A DNA stretch of 64,000 nt from the human T2T-CHM13v2.0 reference genome, Homo sapiens: NCBI RefSeq assembly GCF_009914755.1, contig NC_060945.1; one strand, written 5' to 3'. Below, piece by piece: positions 39,074 to 52,131 of this stretch. A model generated the notes under the pieces. The model saw only the letters and a program-made list of their open reading frames with translations, did no database searches and had not been told where the DNA came from. A program made the translations under genes and the position numbers. Positions within the stretch are counted from its first letter, which is position 1. Each line of letters opens with the position of its first letter.

Positions 39074-40342
39074 ATCATCTCAAGCATTTATATGTTTTGT
39101 GTTACAAACATTCCAAATGTACTCTTTTAGTTACTTTAAAATGTACAACTTATTGTTGACTGTAGTTACCCTGTTGTGCTATCGCACACTAAGATCATAC
39201 TAGATCTTAGTCGTTATATCTAATTATGTTTTTATACTCATTAAGCATCCCCACTTCTCTACCCACTAACCTTGCCAGTCTCTGGTAACCATTATTATAC
39301 TCTCTATCTCCATTTGTTCAATTTTTAGCAAATTTAATTTTCTAGCTCCCACAAATAAATGAGAACATACAAAGTTTGTCTCTTTCTGTGCCTGGCTGAT
39401 TTCACTTAACGTAATGACTTCCAGTTCCATCCATGCTGTTGCAAATAACAGGATTTTACTCTTTTTTATAGTTGACTAGTACTCTACTGTGTATATGTAC
39501 CATATTTTCTTTATCCATTCATCTGTTGATAGACACTTAGGTTGCTTCCAAATCTTGGATATGGTGAATAGTGTTGCAATAAACATGGGAGTCCAGATAT
39601 ATCTTTGATATAATGATTTCCTTTCTTTTTGGTATATATCTAGCAGTGGGGTTGCTGAAATATATGTTACTTCTATTTTTAGTTTTTCAAAAATTCTCCA
39701 AACCGTTCTCCATAGTGGTTGCACTAATTTATCTTCCAACTAACGGTGTACAAGGGTTGTACTGATTTACATTCTCACCAACAGTGTATGAGGGTTCCCT
39801 TTTCTCCATGTCCTCACCAGCATTTGTTATTGCCTGTCCTTTAGGTGAAAGCCATTTTAACTGGGGTGAGACGATATCCCATTGTAATTTTGATTTGCAT
39901 TTCTGTGATGGTCAATGATATTGAGTACCTCTTCATATACCTGTTTTCCATTTGCATGTCCTTTTTTGAGAAATGTCTCTTTAAATCTTTTGCCAATTTT
40001 TATTAAATTATTATTTTTTTCCTATTGAGTTGTTTGAGCTCCTTATATATTCTGGTTATTAATCTTCTGTCAGATGGATAGTTTCCAAATACTTTTACCT
40101 ATTCTATAGGTTGTCTCTTTACTTTGTTGATTGTTTCTTTTGCTGTGCAGAAGCTTTTTAACTTGCTTTTAAACTCCCATTTGTGCATTTTTGCTTTGGT
40201 TGTCTGTGCTTGTGGACTACTACTCGAAAAATCTTTGCCTGCTCCCTCTGTGCCTTCCTCCATGATTGGAAGCCTCCCCCGAAGCAGATACCGTTATGCT
40301 TCCTGAGCAAACAGCCTGCAGAACCCTAAGCCAATTAAATCT

Positions 40343-41185
40343 TTTATTTTTATTTATTTATTTATTATTTATTATTATTATTTTACTTTAAGTTTTAGGG
40401 TACATGTGCACAATGTGCAGGTTAGTTACATATGTATACATGTGCCATGCTGGTGCGCTGCACCCACTAACTCGTCATCTAGCATTAGGTATATCTCCCA
40501 ATGCTATCCCTCCCCCCTCCCCCCACCCCACAACAGTCCCCAGAGTGTGATGTTCCCCTTCCTGTGTCCATGTGTTCTCATTGTTCAATTCCCACCTATG
40601 AGTGAGAATATGCGGTGTTTGGTTTTTTGTTCTTGCGATAGTTTACTGAGAATGATGATTTCCAATTTCATCCATGTCCCTACAAAGGACATGAACTCAT
40701 CATTTTTTATGGCTGCATAGTATTCCATGGTGTATATGTGCCACATTTTCTTAATCCAGTCTATCATTGTTGGGCATTTGGGTTGGTTCCAAGTCTTTGC
40801 TATTGTGAATAATGCTGCAATAAACATACGTGTGCATGTGTCTTTATAGCAGCATGATTTATAGTCCTTTGGGTATATACCCAGTAATGGGATGGCTGGG
40901 TCAAATGGTATTTCTAGTTCTAGATCCCTGAGGAATCGGCACACTGACTTCCACAATGGTTGAACTAGTTTACAGTCCCACCAACAGTGTAAAAGTGTTC
41001 GTATTTCTCCACATCCTCTCCAGCACCTGTTGTTTCCTGACTTTTTAATGATTGCCATTCTAACTGGTGTGAGATGGTATCTCATCGTGGTTTTGATTTG
41101 CATTTCTCTGATGGCCAGTGATGGTGAGCATTTTTTCATGTGCTTTTTGGCTGCATAAATGTCTTCTTTTGAGAAGTGTCTGTTC
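40343..41185 (-). mobile_element. Young 5'-truncated L1PA (PA2/PA3-like, non-Ta)
   Basis: Uninterrupted ~200-aa ORF2 C-terminus (ORF 40585-41187); 3' UTR has GAG rather than ACA at the Ta diagnostic; short TSD aaatct. Confidence 0.92.
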
Positions 41186-42398
41186 AAATCTCTTTTCTTA
41201 TAAATTACTCAGTCTCAGGTATTTCTTTATAGCAATGCAAGAACAGCCTAGCACAGTCATCTCAAGTATTTATCTTTTCTTCATGGTCCAATGTCTTAAA
41301 GAGTTTCCCCAATGTTTTCTTGTAGTAGTTTCATAGATTGAGGTCTTTGAGTTAAGTCTTTATCCGTTTTAATTTGATTTTTGTATATGGCTAGAGATAA
41401 GGATCTAGTTTCATTCTTCTGCTTATGGATAACCAGTTTTCCCATCACCATTTATTGAAGAGACTGTCCTTCCCCAATGTGCATTCTTGGAACCTTTGTT
41501 GAAAATGAGTTCTCTGTAGATGTATGGGTTTATTTCTGGGATCTCTATTCTGTTCCATTGGTCTATGTGTTTTTATGCCCATATCCTTCTGTTTTGGTTA
41601 CTATAGCTCTGTAATATGATTTGAACTCAGCTAATGCAATTTCTCTAGCTTTGTTCTTTTTGCTTAGGATAGCTGTGGCTATTCTGGGTCTTTTGTGATT
41701 CCATATAAATTTTAGGATTTTTTTTATTTCAGTGAAGAATGTCATTGATATTTTGATTGGGATTGCATTGAGTCTGTAGATCGTTTTGGGTAGTATGGAC
41801 ATTTTAACAATTTTGATTCTTCCAATCCATGAACATGGAACATCTTTTCATTTTTTGGTGTTCTTCTCAATTTTTTGTATCAATTTTTTAATAGTTTTTA
41901 TTGTAGAGGTTTTTCACTTATTGGTTAATTTCTAGATATTTTACTTTATTAGTAGCTATTGTAAATATAATTACTTTCTTTTTTTTTCAAATTGTTTGCT
42001 GTTGGCATATAGAAAAAGATACTGATTTTTGTATATGTATTCTGTATCCAGCATCTTCACTGAATTTATTAGTTCTAATAGTTTTTGGTTGAGTCTTTAG
42101 GTTTTTCTAAATATGAGATTATATCATATGCAAACAAGGATAATTTGACTTTTTCCTTTCTAATTTGGATACCCTTTATTTCTTTCTCTTGTCTGATTGC
42201 TCTAGTGAGGATTTCCAGAAGAGTATTTCTTGACATTGAAAAATGATCATTGAAAAATTAAAATGACATTAAAATTAAGTTAAAATAAAAAGCAAATGTA
42301 ATGTATGAATCTTTTTTAGAAATATACATATATGTAGTTGCATACCTATAGTTTCAAATATGCATTTCTTTATGGGGAATTAGAAGGCACTAATTCTT

Positions 42399-44707
42399 TC
42401 TTTTTTTTATTTCTGCTTTTATTTTAGGTTCAAGAGGTACATGTTGAGGTTTGTTACATGGGCAAACTGTGTGTTGCAGAGGTTTAGTATACAGATTATT
42501 TTGTCACTCAGGTAATAAGCATAGTACCTGATTGGTAGTTTTTTTTTGTTTTGTTTTGTTTTTTTATCCTCACTCACCTCCCATCTTCCACCCTCAAGTA
42601 GGCCCTGTTTTCTACTGTTCTCTTATTTGTGTCAATGTGTACTCAAGTTTTAGCTCCCACTTATAAGTGAGGACATGCAGTATTTAGCTTTCTGTTTCTG
42701 GATTAATTTGCTCAGGATAATGGCCTTCAGCTCCATTTATGTTGCTTCAAAGGACAGTATTTTGTTCTTTTTTATAGCTACCTAGTATTCTACAGTGTAT
42801 ATATACCACGTTTTCTTTAGCCAGTCCACCATTAATGGGCATCTAGGTTGATTCCATGTCTTTGCCATTGTGAATAGCATTGCAATGAACATTCATGTGC
42901 ATGTGTCTTCGTGGTAGAACAATTTATATTCCTTTGAGTGTATTCCAAATAATAGGATTGCTGGATTGAATGGTAGTTCTATTTTAAGTTCTTTGAGAAC
43001 TCTCCAAACTGCTTTCCACCGTGGCTGAACTAATTTACATTACTACCAGCATTTATAAGTCTTCCCCTTTCTTTGCAACCTTCCAAAATCTGTTAGTTTT
43101 TGGCCATTTAATAATAGCCATTCTGACTGGTGTGAGATGGTATCTCATTGTGGTCTTGAATTGCATTTCTCTATTGATTAGTTATATTGAGCATTTTTTT
43201 CATATGCTTGTTGGCTCTGTGTGTGTCTTCTTTTAAGAAGTGTCTGTTCGTGCCCTTTGCCCATTTTTCAATGGAGTTATTTGGTTTCTTTGCTTGTAGA
43301 TTTGTTTAAGTTACTTATAGATTCTGAATATTAGACCTTTCTCAAATAGTTTGCAAATATTTGCTCCCATTCTATAGGTTGTCTGTTTACTCTGTTGATA
43401 GTTTCTTTTGCTATGCAGGAGCTCTTTAGTTTAATTAGATCCCACTTGTCAATTTCTGTTTTTGTTACCATTGCTTTTGGAGTCTTTGTCATGAAATCTT
43501 TGGCAAGTCCAGTGTCCAGAATGGTATTTCCTAGGATTTCCTAATAGGGTTTTTATAGTTTTAGGTTTTACATTTAATTATTTAACCTATCTTGAGTTGA
43601 TGTTTGCATATGGTGAAAGGAAGGGGTCTAGTTTCAATCTTCTGCATATGGTTAGCTAGTTATCCCAGTACCATTTATTGAATAGGCAATCATTTTCCCA
43701 TTGCTTGTTATTGTCAGCTTTGTCAAAGATCAGATGGTTGTAGGTGTGTGGCTTTTTCTCTTGGTTCTCTACTCTATTCTATTGGTCTGTGTGCCTGTTT
43801 CTGTACTAGTACCATGCTGTTTGGGTTACTATAGCCTTGTAATACAGTTTGAAGTTGGGTAGTGTGATGCCTCTGGTTTTGTTATTTTTACTTAGGATTG
43901 CTTTGGCTATTTGGGCTCTTTTTGGTTCCATATAAATTTTAGAATAGTTTTGTGTAATTCTGTGAAAAATGTTGTTGGTAGTTTGATAAGAATAGCATTG
44001 AATCTGTAAATTGCTTTGGGTAGTACGGCCATTTTAACAATATCAATTCTCCCCATCCATGAGCATGGAATGTTTTTATTTTATTCTTTTTGTGGCTATC
44101 ATGAATGGAATTATGTTCTTGATTTGGCTCTCAGCTTGAGCATTATTGTTATATAGAAATGCTACTGATTTTTGTACATTGATTTTGTATCCTGAAACTT
44201 TGCTAAAGTTGCTTATGTGGTCTAGGAGCCTCTGGGCAGAGACTGTAGGGTTTTCTAGGTATAGAATCATGTTATCTGCTAAGAGAGTTTGACTTTCTCT
44301 CTTTCTATTTGAATGCCTTTTATTTCTTCTCTTTTCTGATTCCTCTGGCTTGGATTTCCAGTGCTATGTTGAATAGGAGTAGTGAGAGTAGGCATCCTTA
44401 TCTTGTTCTGGTTCTCGAAGAAATGCTTCCAGCTTGCCTATTCCATGGGATGTTGGCTGTGGGCTTGTCATAGATGACCCTTATTAGTTTGAGATATGGT
44501 CCTTCAATGCATAGTTTAGTTTGTTGAGAGTTTTTAACATGAAGAGATGTTGAATTTTATGCATCTATTGAGATGATCAGGTAGAATTTATTTTTAGTTC
44601 TATTGATGTAATGAATTACATTTCTTGCCTTGTATATGTTGAACCAACCTCGCATCCCAGGAATAAAGCCTACTTGATCATGGTAGATTAGCTTTTTGAT
44701 GAGACAT
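42399..44707 (-). mobile_element. 5'-truncated older L1PA (PA13-16-like)
   Basis: RT remnants ([17 protein letters not shown]); TSD actaattctt at 42389-42398 and 44708-44717. Confidence 0.88.
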
Positions 44708-45295
44708 ACTAATTCTTGGTGGAATGAAATAACTCTGAAATTTCCAGACAGTTTTCTTCTTAACTGTTTGCTCTTCTTTTTTCTCACTACTCTCTTATTA
44801 GATCTTCCATTACTTATCACTCCCAGGTTTATTTTTGGGCAGAGAGGAATCATTTGCATGTGTGTGTATAAGTGTGTAGAGTAAGAGATCTTCCAGAAAT
44901 ATAACTTTTCTTTTCCCTTTAGCACTTGTTTTCTGTGTACATGTGCCTGCTCCTGTGAATAGATGCATAGGCTTATTTAGGTCTTGTGGAGTGTGCTGTG
45001 AAAACCTTGGAGAAATATTGAGTAAGATGATCATCATTAGATTTGAAAAAAATTGGAAATTTTAGTTGGTTCTAATCTCTTTGCTTACTTCATAAGTTAA
45101 ATTACTTTCTCTATGAGGGAAGAGTGGTCATATTGCTTTTTAAACTTAGAGTAGCACTAAGAAAATAACATTTGTAGAATGTGTGTTTTAGGCAACTTTT
45201 ATTATAAAAGCATGAGGTAGTAATGATAAATTCCTTTTTATAAATATCTCTAATTTTTGCATCTAATTTAAAGCCAACTTTTTTGAAATATCACC

Positions 45296-45349
45296 TGGTC
45301 TTGAAAATATATCAGAAAAGAGTGGTCTTGAAAATATATCAGAAAAGAG
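45296..45349 (+). repeat. Perfect 27-bp tandem duplication
   Basis: tggtcttgaaaatatatcagaaaagag x2. Confidence 0.95.
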
Positions 45350-46326
45350 TTTGAAACACAACCTGAAAATACATGTAGGATCATGCTGATGTTGGTTAAA
45401 TGATTCTTCTAAGGCAGTCCAAACTACTAACTATTGCCATGCCTCATCATCTAGATATTACCCTCACCTGTGCTGACATGTAACTTGTAGTTGTCTAAGT
45501 GTCTTATTAGTGTAAAGAACGTTTGTTTAGAATAGATGTAATTTTGAGCTTTCCTGCTCTCCCTGGTCTGCTGAGATTGATTTAATTCACACAAACTCCC
45601 TTAGTGCACCGTAAGTTGTGCAGGAAGTCACAGCTTAGCATATTTTGAGTTTGCGTATAATGTTAATGAGATCAGGGAGGTGGGCTTTACAGGCCAGTTA
45701 GCTTCCTTGTGTTCCTGGTTTCATACAAGCTCCATACAATTAAATTCATTTAGTCACTTGTCAGACACATACAGCAAGAGAACTAGGTCAAAGTTTGCCT
45801 TTGGGTCAGTGAAATGAACTACCTAGAAAAAGGAATCTAGTTCTAGAAAAACGAATCAAGACTAATATCACATTTGTCTTGTGATCATCACAGCATTTCA
45901 CAAAAATTTGAAAAAAATTCCTATTGTGCAGAATGCAATATGGGCTAAGACATGTCAATTTAAACAGTGTAGTAAGTTGTTAGAACATACTTGAAAAGAT
46001 TTAAGTAGCAAAGAATAAAAAATCCAGGGGTGACTCTGAGATCTCATTTGGGTCATATATCATTTTATCAGCCTGGAAGCAAGACAGAAAGTCAACCTTC
46101 CAAGAAAAAAATTGTTCTCTCCTCTTTTATTTTTTTGATTTCACACCCTCCCTAATCCCACATTTCAGGAGAATGCAATCATGTGAATGTTTTGAAATAT
46201 TGTAAATCAAATCATGGAAAAAAAATGATACCAGTTTCTATTCCTTTTTGAAAGTCATATTTCCTGTACTATTTTTATTTTATTTTACAGAAGGCATGTT
46301 CTAGAAAATCATAGACAACACATTGT

Positions 46327-46645
46327 GCATATATATATTATATATTTTATATGTATATATTTTGAGACAGGGTCTCACTCTGTTGCCCAAGCTGGAGTGC
46401 AGTGGCACGACCTCAGCTCACTGAAACCTTTGCCTCTCAGATTCAAGAGATTCTCATGCCTCAGCCCCCCGAGTAGTTGGAACTTCAGGCATGTGCCACC
46501 ATGCTTGGCTAGTTTTTGTATTTTTAGTGGAGACAGGGTTTTGCCATGTTGACTAGGCTGGTTTCGAACTCCTGACCTCAGGTGATCCACTCACCTCGGC
46601 CTCCCAAAGTGTTGGGATTATAGGCGTGAGCCACCACGCCTGGCC
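46327..46645 (-). mobile_element. AluSx/Sz with TA-rich tail
   Basis: Dimeric Alu; TSD acacattgt. Confidence 0.9.
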
Positions 46646-47075
46646 TACACATTGTATTATATACTTGAAAACAATTAAATAATCAGGAGAACTGAACCAA
46701 TAATGTGCAGATTTTCTAGTCAATGTGCATAAATTAATATATATGTAGATGCATGAAAATAAAGAATCCAACTTTTGTACCACTTTGCATGTGAAAGCAG
46801 TATTGGAGCAAAACACATTTTGAACACTTTTCTATTTTCTGTGAAATATTTTGCAAATGAGTTTTCAAGATTCTTGTTCTGTGCCTCTGGTGGAGTCCTT
46901 CCTTAAAGTGACACGTTTGTATTCCAATGTGCAAAAAGGGAATTAATGGGCTTACCCCTTAAATTTCTTAAATGGGATACTCCCAGCAGAATGCCTAAGG
47001 AAAAACTAAATAAATAAATGAACACACAAAAAATGATTATCCTCAGTCTTTCCAAGGCCCCCTCTTGCCTCCACA

Positions 47076-47430
47076 TGTATGGATTTATGTCTCCCAGATT
47101 TCACAGGTTAAAGTCCTACCCCCTTGTATCTCAGGATGTGACTTTATTTGAAGATAGAGTAATTGCAGATGCAATTAGTTAGGATGTTTTCACCAGGGTT
47201 CACCCTCATCCAGTATGACTGCTGCCTTCATAAAGCAGGATCTTTGGACACAGGCATGCACAGGGAAGATGATGTGAAGACACAGAAAGAAGAGCCATCT
47301 CCAACCAAGGAGAAAGGCCTGAAACACATCCTTCCCTCACAGCTCTCAGAAAGAAACAATCCTGTTGACATCTTGATTTCAGACTTCCAGCCTCCAGAAC
47401 CATGATAGAAAAAATTTCTGTTAAGTTGAA
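47076..47430 (+). mobile_element. MaLR LTR (MLT1B-like), 3' end missing or displaced
   Basis: ctcaggatgtgactttatttgaagatagag...gacttccagcctccagaacc. Confidence 0.78.
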
Positions 47431-50400
47431 AAAAAAAAGATTATCTTCCTGCAAACAAAAATGTAATAAGTTTTAAATGCACAGATGAATTCAAAAGGAG
47501 AAAGGAAAATGTTATGTGCCAAAAATGAGGTGCCAACTGATCCCCAGAGTGCTAGGTGCATAAACTCACCATGCAGGTTATGGGGGTCTCAGTCCTTGTA
47601 ACTGAAGAGTTCTATTTTAAGACTTTTTCAGGGGCTGGATATGAAGTCTAGGATTTGACTGGCCTTTGGATCTAAGATCAGTACACAAGCCAAAATTCTT
47701 GAAGAGCTATCCCATTGAGAAAAATTATATATTAAGGGGAGAAAAGAGGAAAACATCTGCTAGTACAGGGCAACAAGGGGGATTTTTCTATCTGGGACCT
47801 GAGTGAAAATAAAAATGAAACCCAACAAGAGTGGTCTTTTCTGAGAAATCAAACCCCTGGTTCTACAGCTTACAAATTAAGGAGCCAAATTTACACTTTA
47901 CTGCTGACACTGACACTCCAAGCTGAAGAATTAACATAAAAATTGGTCTTGGGTGGGGGATACTCTTGAATCTCTTGCAGAAGGCTTTGCGAAACTATGC
48001 TGGAATTAGAGTACAAGATTCAGGTCACATGGAAATCCTCCCGCAAAATAGCTCAAAACACAAGAGGAGATTTAAAAAAAGGGGAAGTAGAACTTCTAGA
48101 ATTTTGTATAATAGAATAATCTGAGAAGACTGTAGAATAAGGTTCTGTTTTAAGATGCAAACAAAGAAATTGAAGCAATAGGAAGAAAATACTGCTTTAA
48201 AAAAATCAAATAGAATTTATTGGAAATAAAAGTTTCACTTGTTCCTAAGAACAACTGATAAGGTAAAAGAAGTGTCTTTATAGATTATCTTTTACCTGAT
48301 AAGGTAAAAGAAGTTTATTTATAAATTATTTATAAAAGAAGTTCTTTATAAATCATCTCGCTTTAGGCATTCTGTTATAGAAACACAAAATGGACTTAAA
48401 CACAGGGAAAACTAATCTACTATGGTAGAGGGGAGAATACTTTTGTTACTTTTGCAGAAAGTGTTGACAGGAAAGGACAACAAGGAAACTTGCTGGGCTC
48501 ATAAATGTTCTATATTTTGATCAGTGTGGTGGTTACACAGGTATATAGACATATAAAAATTGTATGCTACAATTTCTAAAATTTAATGTACTATATGTAG
48601 TTTATACCTCAAGAAGAGGTGAAAAAACAAAACCATTTATCAATTGGGTTTATTCAAAAAGAAGAAAAAGGAAATAATATCTGCAAGATATCAAACAAGG
48701 AGGTCCTAATTCTCATTTCTTTCACAAAATAATGAATAAACAACTACATGACAAATAAAATAACGAAGGGGGAGCTCTGGAATATAGCGAAAGAGTAGCA
48801 CAAACCCTGTGGAGCAGAGCAACCTAGCATGGCTGCATAGAATAGGGTGGGAAACACCTTGTCTGGGCCACTCCATTGCCCAGTCTGGATTATCTCAGAG
48901 GCAAGAGGTACTTCCTTCTGCATGGAAAGGGTGAGAAGGAAGATCCCAGTCGCCCTCATTATTACCACAGACACCAGCAGTGCTCACCAATGGATACCCC
49001 TGCAGTCTTCACCAGTCCTGAGCCCAACACAGGGAGCTGCCTGGAGTCCATGCTGCTACACTTACCCATGAGAAAGAGCCAAGACTGTGCCTTCTGTCCC
49101 ATGAGCTGAGCTACCGTGGTTTCATGACATTTTGGAATTGGAGTTGCCACTGTGCTGCACCCTGCTGTTAGGTCCTGAGTAGCCATTGTTTCCCTACACG
49201 CCTAGGGTCTTACTGTCACCGCATCCCACCACCTGGAGCCTGGGTTGCCCAGCGCGCCACTCTCTCTGGGCCTAGGTTGCTGCCATAAGCCTGGGTCCCC
49301 ACTGTGCCCTACCTTTTCAGCAGCCTTGCTGCCACAGTGCCCTGTCTCTCCAGGGTGTGGGTTGCTGAGGCACCTTGCCTTCCTAGAGACTGGAGTTGCC
49401 ACTGCACTGAGACCTACACCCAGGAGCTTGAGTTGCTTTACCACCTGCCTCCCAGGAATTAGAGTCACGCTGTGCTGTCCCATGACTTAAGACCTGAGCT
49501 GCTGTGGCATTCTACCTTTCCAGGGACCAGAGTTGCCTCTATGCTGTGCTCAACCTCCTAGAACCTGAGGTTCTCTTGCATCCCACCATCCCAGGGACTG
49601 GTGCCATTACTGTGCTGTGCACTGTTCCCAGGGCCTGAGCTTCTTTGGTATCCCATCTTCCCAGGGACTGGAGTTACTGCTGTGCTGTGTCCTGACTGCC
49701 TGGAGTCTGAGTCACCATTGTGCCCCACCCTCTGTGGCTGAGCTCCTACAGGGTCGTGTCCATCCTGGGGTCATGTTGCTGCTGTACCATGCCCCTCAGA
49801 GCCAGAGTTCCCACTGTGTCCTGACATACCAGGGGGCTTAGCACAACTGAGCTCCATCCTTCGTAGCCCTTTCTGTGGCAATACTCTGCCTTCACAGAGA
49901 CTGGAGTCACCACCGTGCTGCACTTGGCTCTCAGGGCCTGAGCTACAGCTGTACCCCACAATTCCATGGGCCTTACTGCCACTGTGCCCTGGCCTTTGGG
50001 GCAGAGCTGCTGTGGAGCCATACCAACCCTGAAGCCTAAGTCACTGTTATGTCCACAAGTCCCTAGGGTCTCACTGCTGCTCTAAGGCCTGGGCCAACAC
50101 AGTAATGTGTCTCCCCAGGTGCCCAAGTGCTACTATGCTGCTCCCTGCCCCTTGGGCCAGAATCACGGTTGTGCCCTGACATCCATGGAACTAGAGTTGC
50201 TGCTGTGCCCCACCCTCCAGGACCTGAGTGGCCAGAGGACCCCTTTACCCCTAGGCTGTGCTGCTTCTGTGCCTGTCTCTCAGGGTTCAAGCCACCATTA
50301 TATCATATATCCCCAGGCCCAAGCCACTGAAATAAGCTCCAAAGTCCTAGACCCTGGCAACATGGGTGATAAGTGCATGCCAATGCCTTGGTACATCAAT

Positions 50401-51150
50401 TTGCTCTCCAGGACCCAGGTGCCATGGCAGTTCACAAGTGCCTGAGCCCAGGAAGCCAGCTCTGCAGTGGCTCTGAGCACCTGTATCCTGGAACCTAGTG
50501 CCACTGTGGCTGCCTGCAGTCCACATTAGACTTGACACCAAAAGGGATCCTCTTGGCTTGGTTTCCCCCCAGTAGGGAAAAGGAGGGCGAGAGGACTCCA
50601 AGAGTCTTTGCTACTGAGGACCCTAACAGTCCACTTTGCCAATGCCACTGCCACAAACACCTGAAACTTTAGCTGTTGATGCTTCTGCAGTCTTCATTAA
50701 TGCTGACCTCAGCTGATGGAGCCACACAGAGACTACACTGCTACATTTTTTTAGAACCAGAGCTATCCAATCAGTGCCATTGCACCCACCTGCAGGTGAA
50801 AGTCTTTACCCACTAAAACCAGTCTTTAAAGTCTGGAAGAGATGACTGCTCCATCAAATGCATAGACATCAGCACAAAATCACAAGAAACAAGAAAATGC
50901 AAGGAAACAACAGCACTAAAGGAACAAAATAACTTTAAAGTAACTGACCTCAAAGAAACAGAGATTTTAAAATTGTCTGGAAAGGAATTTAAAATAATTT
51001 TCTTTTAAAATAGAAATTATAAAAAGAACCAAACAGAAATTCTAGAGCTGAAGAATACAATGAATGGAATGAAAAATACAAGAGTGAAAAGCAGACTTAA
51101 TCAAGCAAAAGAAAGAATCTGTAATCTTGAAGACATGTCATTTGAAATTA

Positions 51151-51449
51151 CAGGTCTAGTATCCCTAATCTGAAAATCCTAAATTTGAAATGCTTCAAAA
51201 TCTGCAACTTTTTCAGTGCCAATATGATGCTGAAGAGAAACACTCATTGGAGCATTTAGGATTTAGCATTTTTGGGTTAAGAAAGCTGAACCAGTAAGTA
51301 TAATGCAAATAATCCAAAATCCAAGAAATACTTGTTAACTTGGTGTTCTTGCAAGGATGAACCCCATGCAAGTGTCTCACCCTTTCAATTGTCTTGAGAA
51401 TTCAAAACACTCTGTTCCTAAGAATTTCAGATAAGGGATACTCAACCTG
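51151..51449 (-). mobile_element. Tigger4/MER46-type DNA transposon
   Basis: TIRs caggtctagtatccct...agggatactcaacctg flanked by TA. Confidence 0.85.
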
Positions 51450-51689
51450 TATCTAGTTAGAGAAGAAAAAAGAAAAAAGTGAAGAAATTCAATGAGATTT
51501 ATGGGACACCACTATGCAAACTGATGTATGCATTATGGAAATCTCAGAGGGAGAAGAGAGAGAGAGGGCAACAAAGTTTATTTAAAGAACAATGGCTGAA
51601 AACTTTCTAATTTTGGGAGAGATATGGACATCCCAAACTGTGAAACTCAAAAGTCCCCAAATGGGTTCAACACAAAGAGTCCTTTAGCA

Positions 51690-51786
51690 TAAGACACATT
51701 ATATTATATTGTCAAGAGTTAATAAGACACGTTATATTAAATTGTCAAGAGTTAATAAGACACGTTATATTAAATTGTCAAGAGTT
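51690..51786 (+). repeat. 33-bp minisatellite, about 3 copies
   Basis: taagacacgttatattaaattgtcaagagttaa units. Confidence 0.93.
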
Positions 51787-52131
51787 GGACAGAATTTGAA
51801 AACAGCAATAGAAAAGTGACATGGCACATACAGAGGAATGACTATTAGAGTATAAGCAGATTTTTCAGCAGAAACCTTATAGCCTGGAGACAATGGGATG
51901 ATATATTCAAAGTGCTAAAAGGAAAATATCATCCACCAAAAAGACTACCTCTAACAAAGATGTCCTTCAAAAATAAAGTAGAAATAAAAGCTTTTCCAAA
52001 CATGCAATAAGTGAGACAGTTCAATACCACTAGACCCATCTCATAAGTAATGCTAACAGAATTCTTCAAGCAGAAATTATAGGACACTAACAACTAACAT
52101 GAAGATATATGATGTATAAAATTCCTTGGTA

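Larger units (their letters stand above)
38543..42215 (-). mobile_element. 5'-truncated L1MA1-3 hosting an MSTB LTR, a duplicated LTR piece and an L1PA
   Basis: 3' end tttttgtgggtacatagtaggtg; ORF2 remnants ([15 protein letters not shown]). Confidence 0.85.

Noticed and set aside
40343-41185. Human-specific L1HS-Ta
   Set aside because: Has GAG rather than ACA and lacks the downstream Ta G diagnostic.
48744-50601. Dense overlapping ORFs and a CRISPR-like repeat appearance
   Set aside because: Degenerate GC-rich L1 5' UTR array without identical repeats or unique spacers; eukaryotic DNA with no cas genes.
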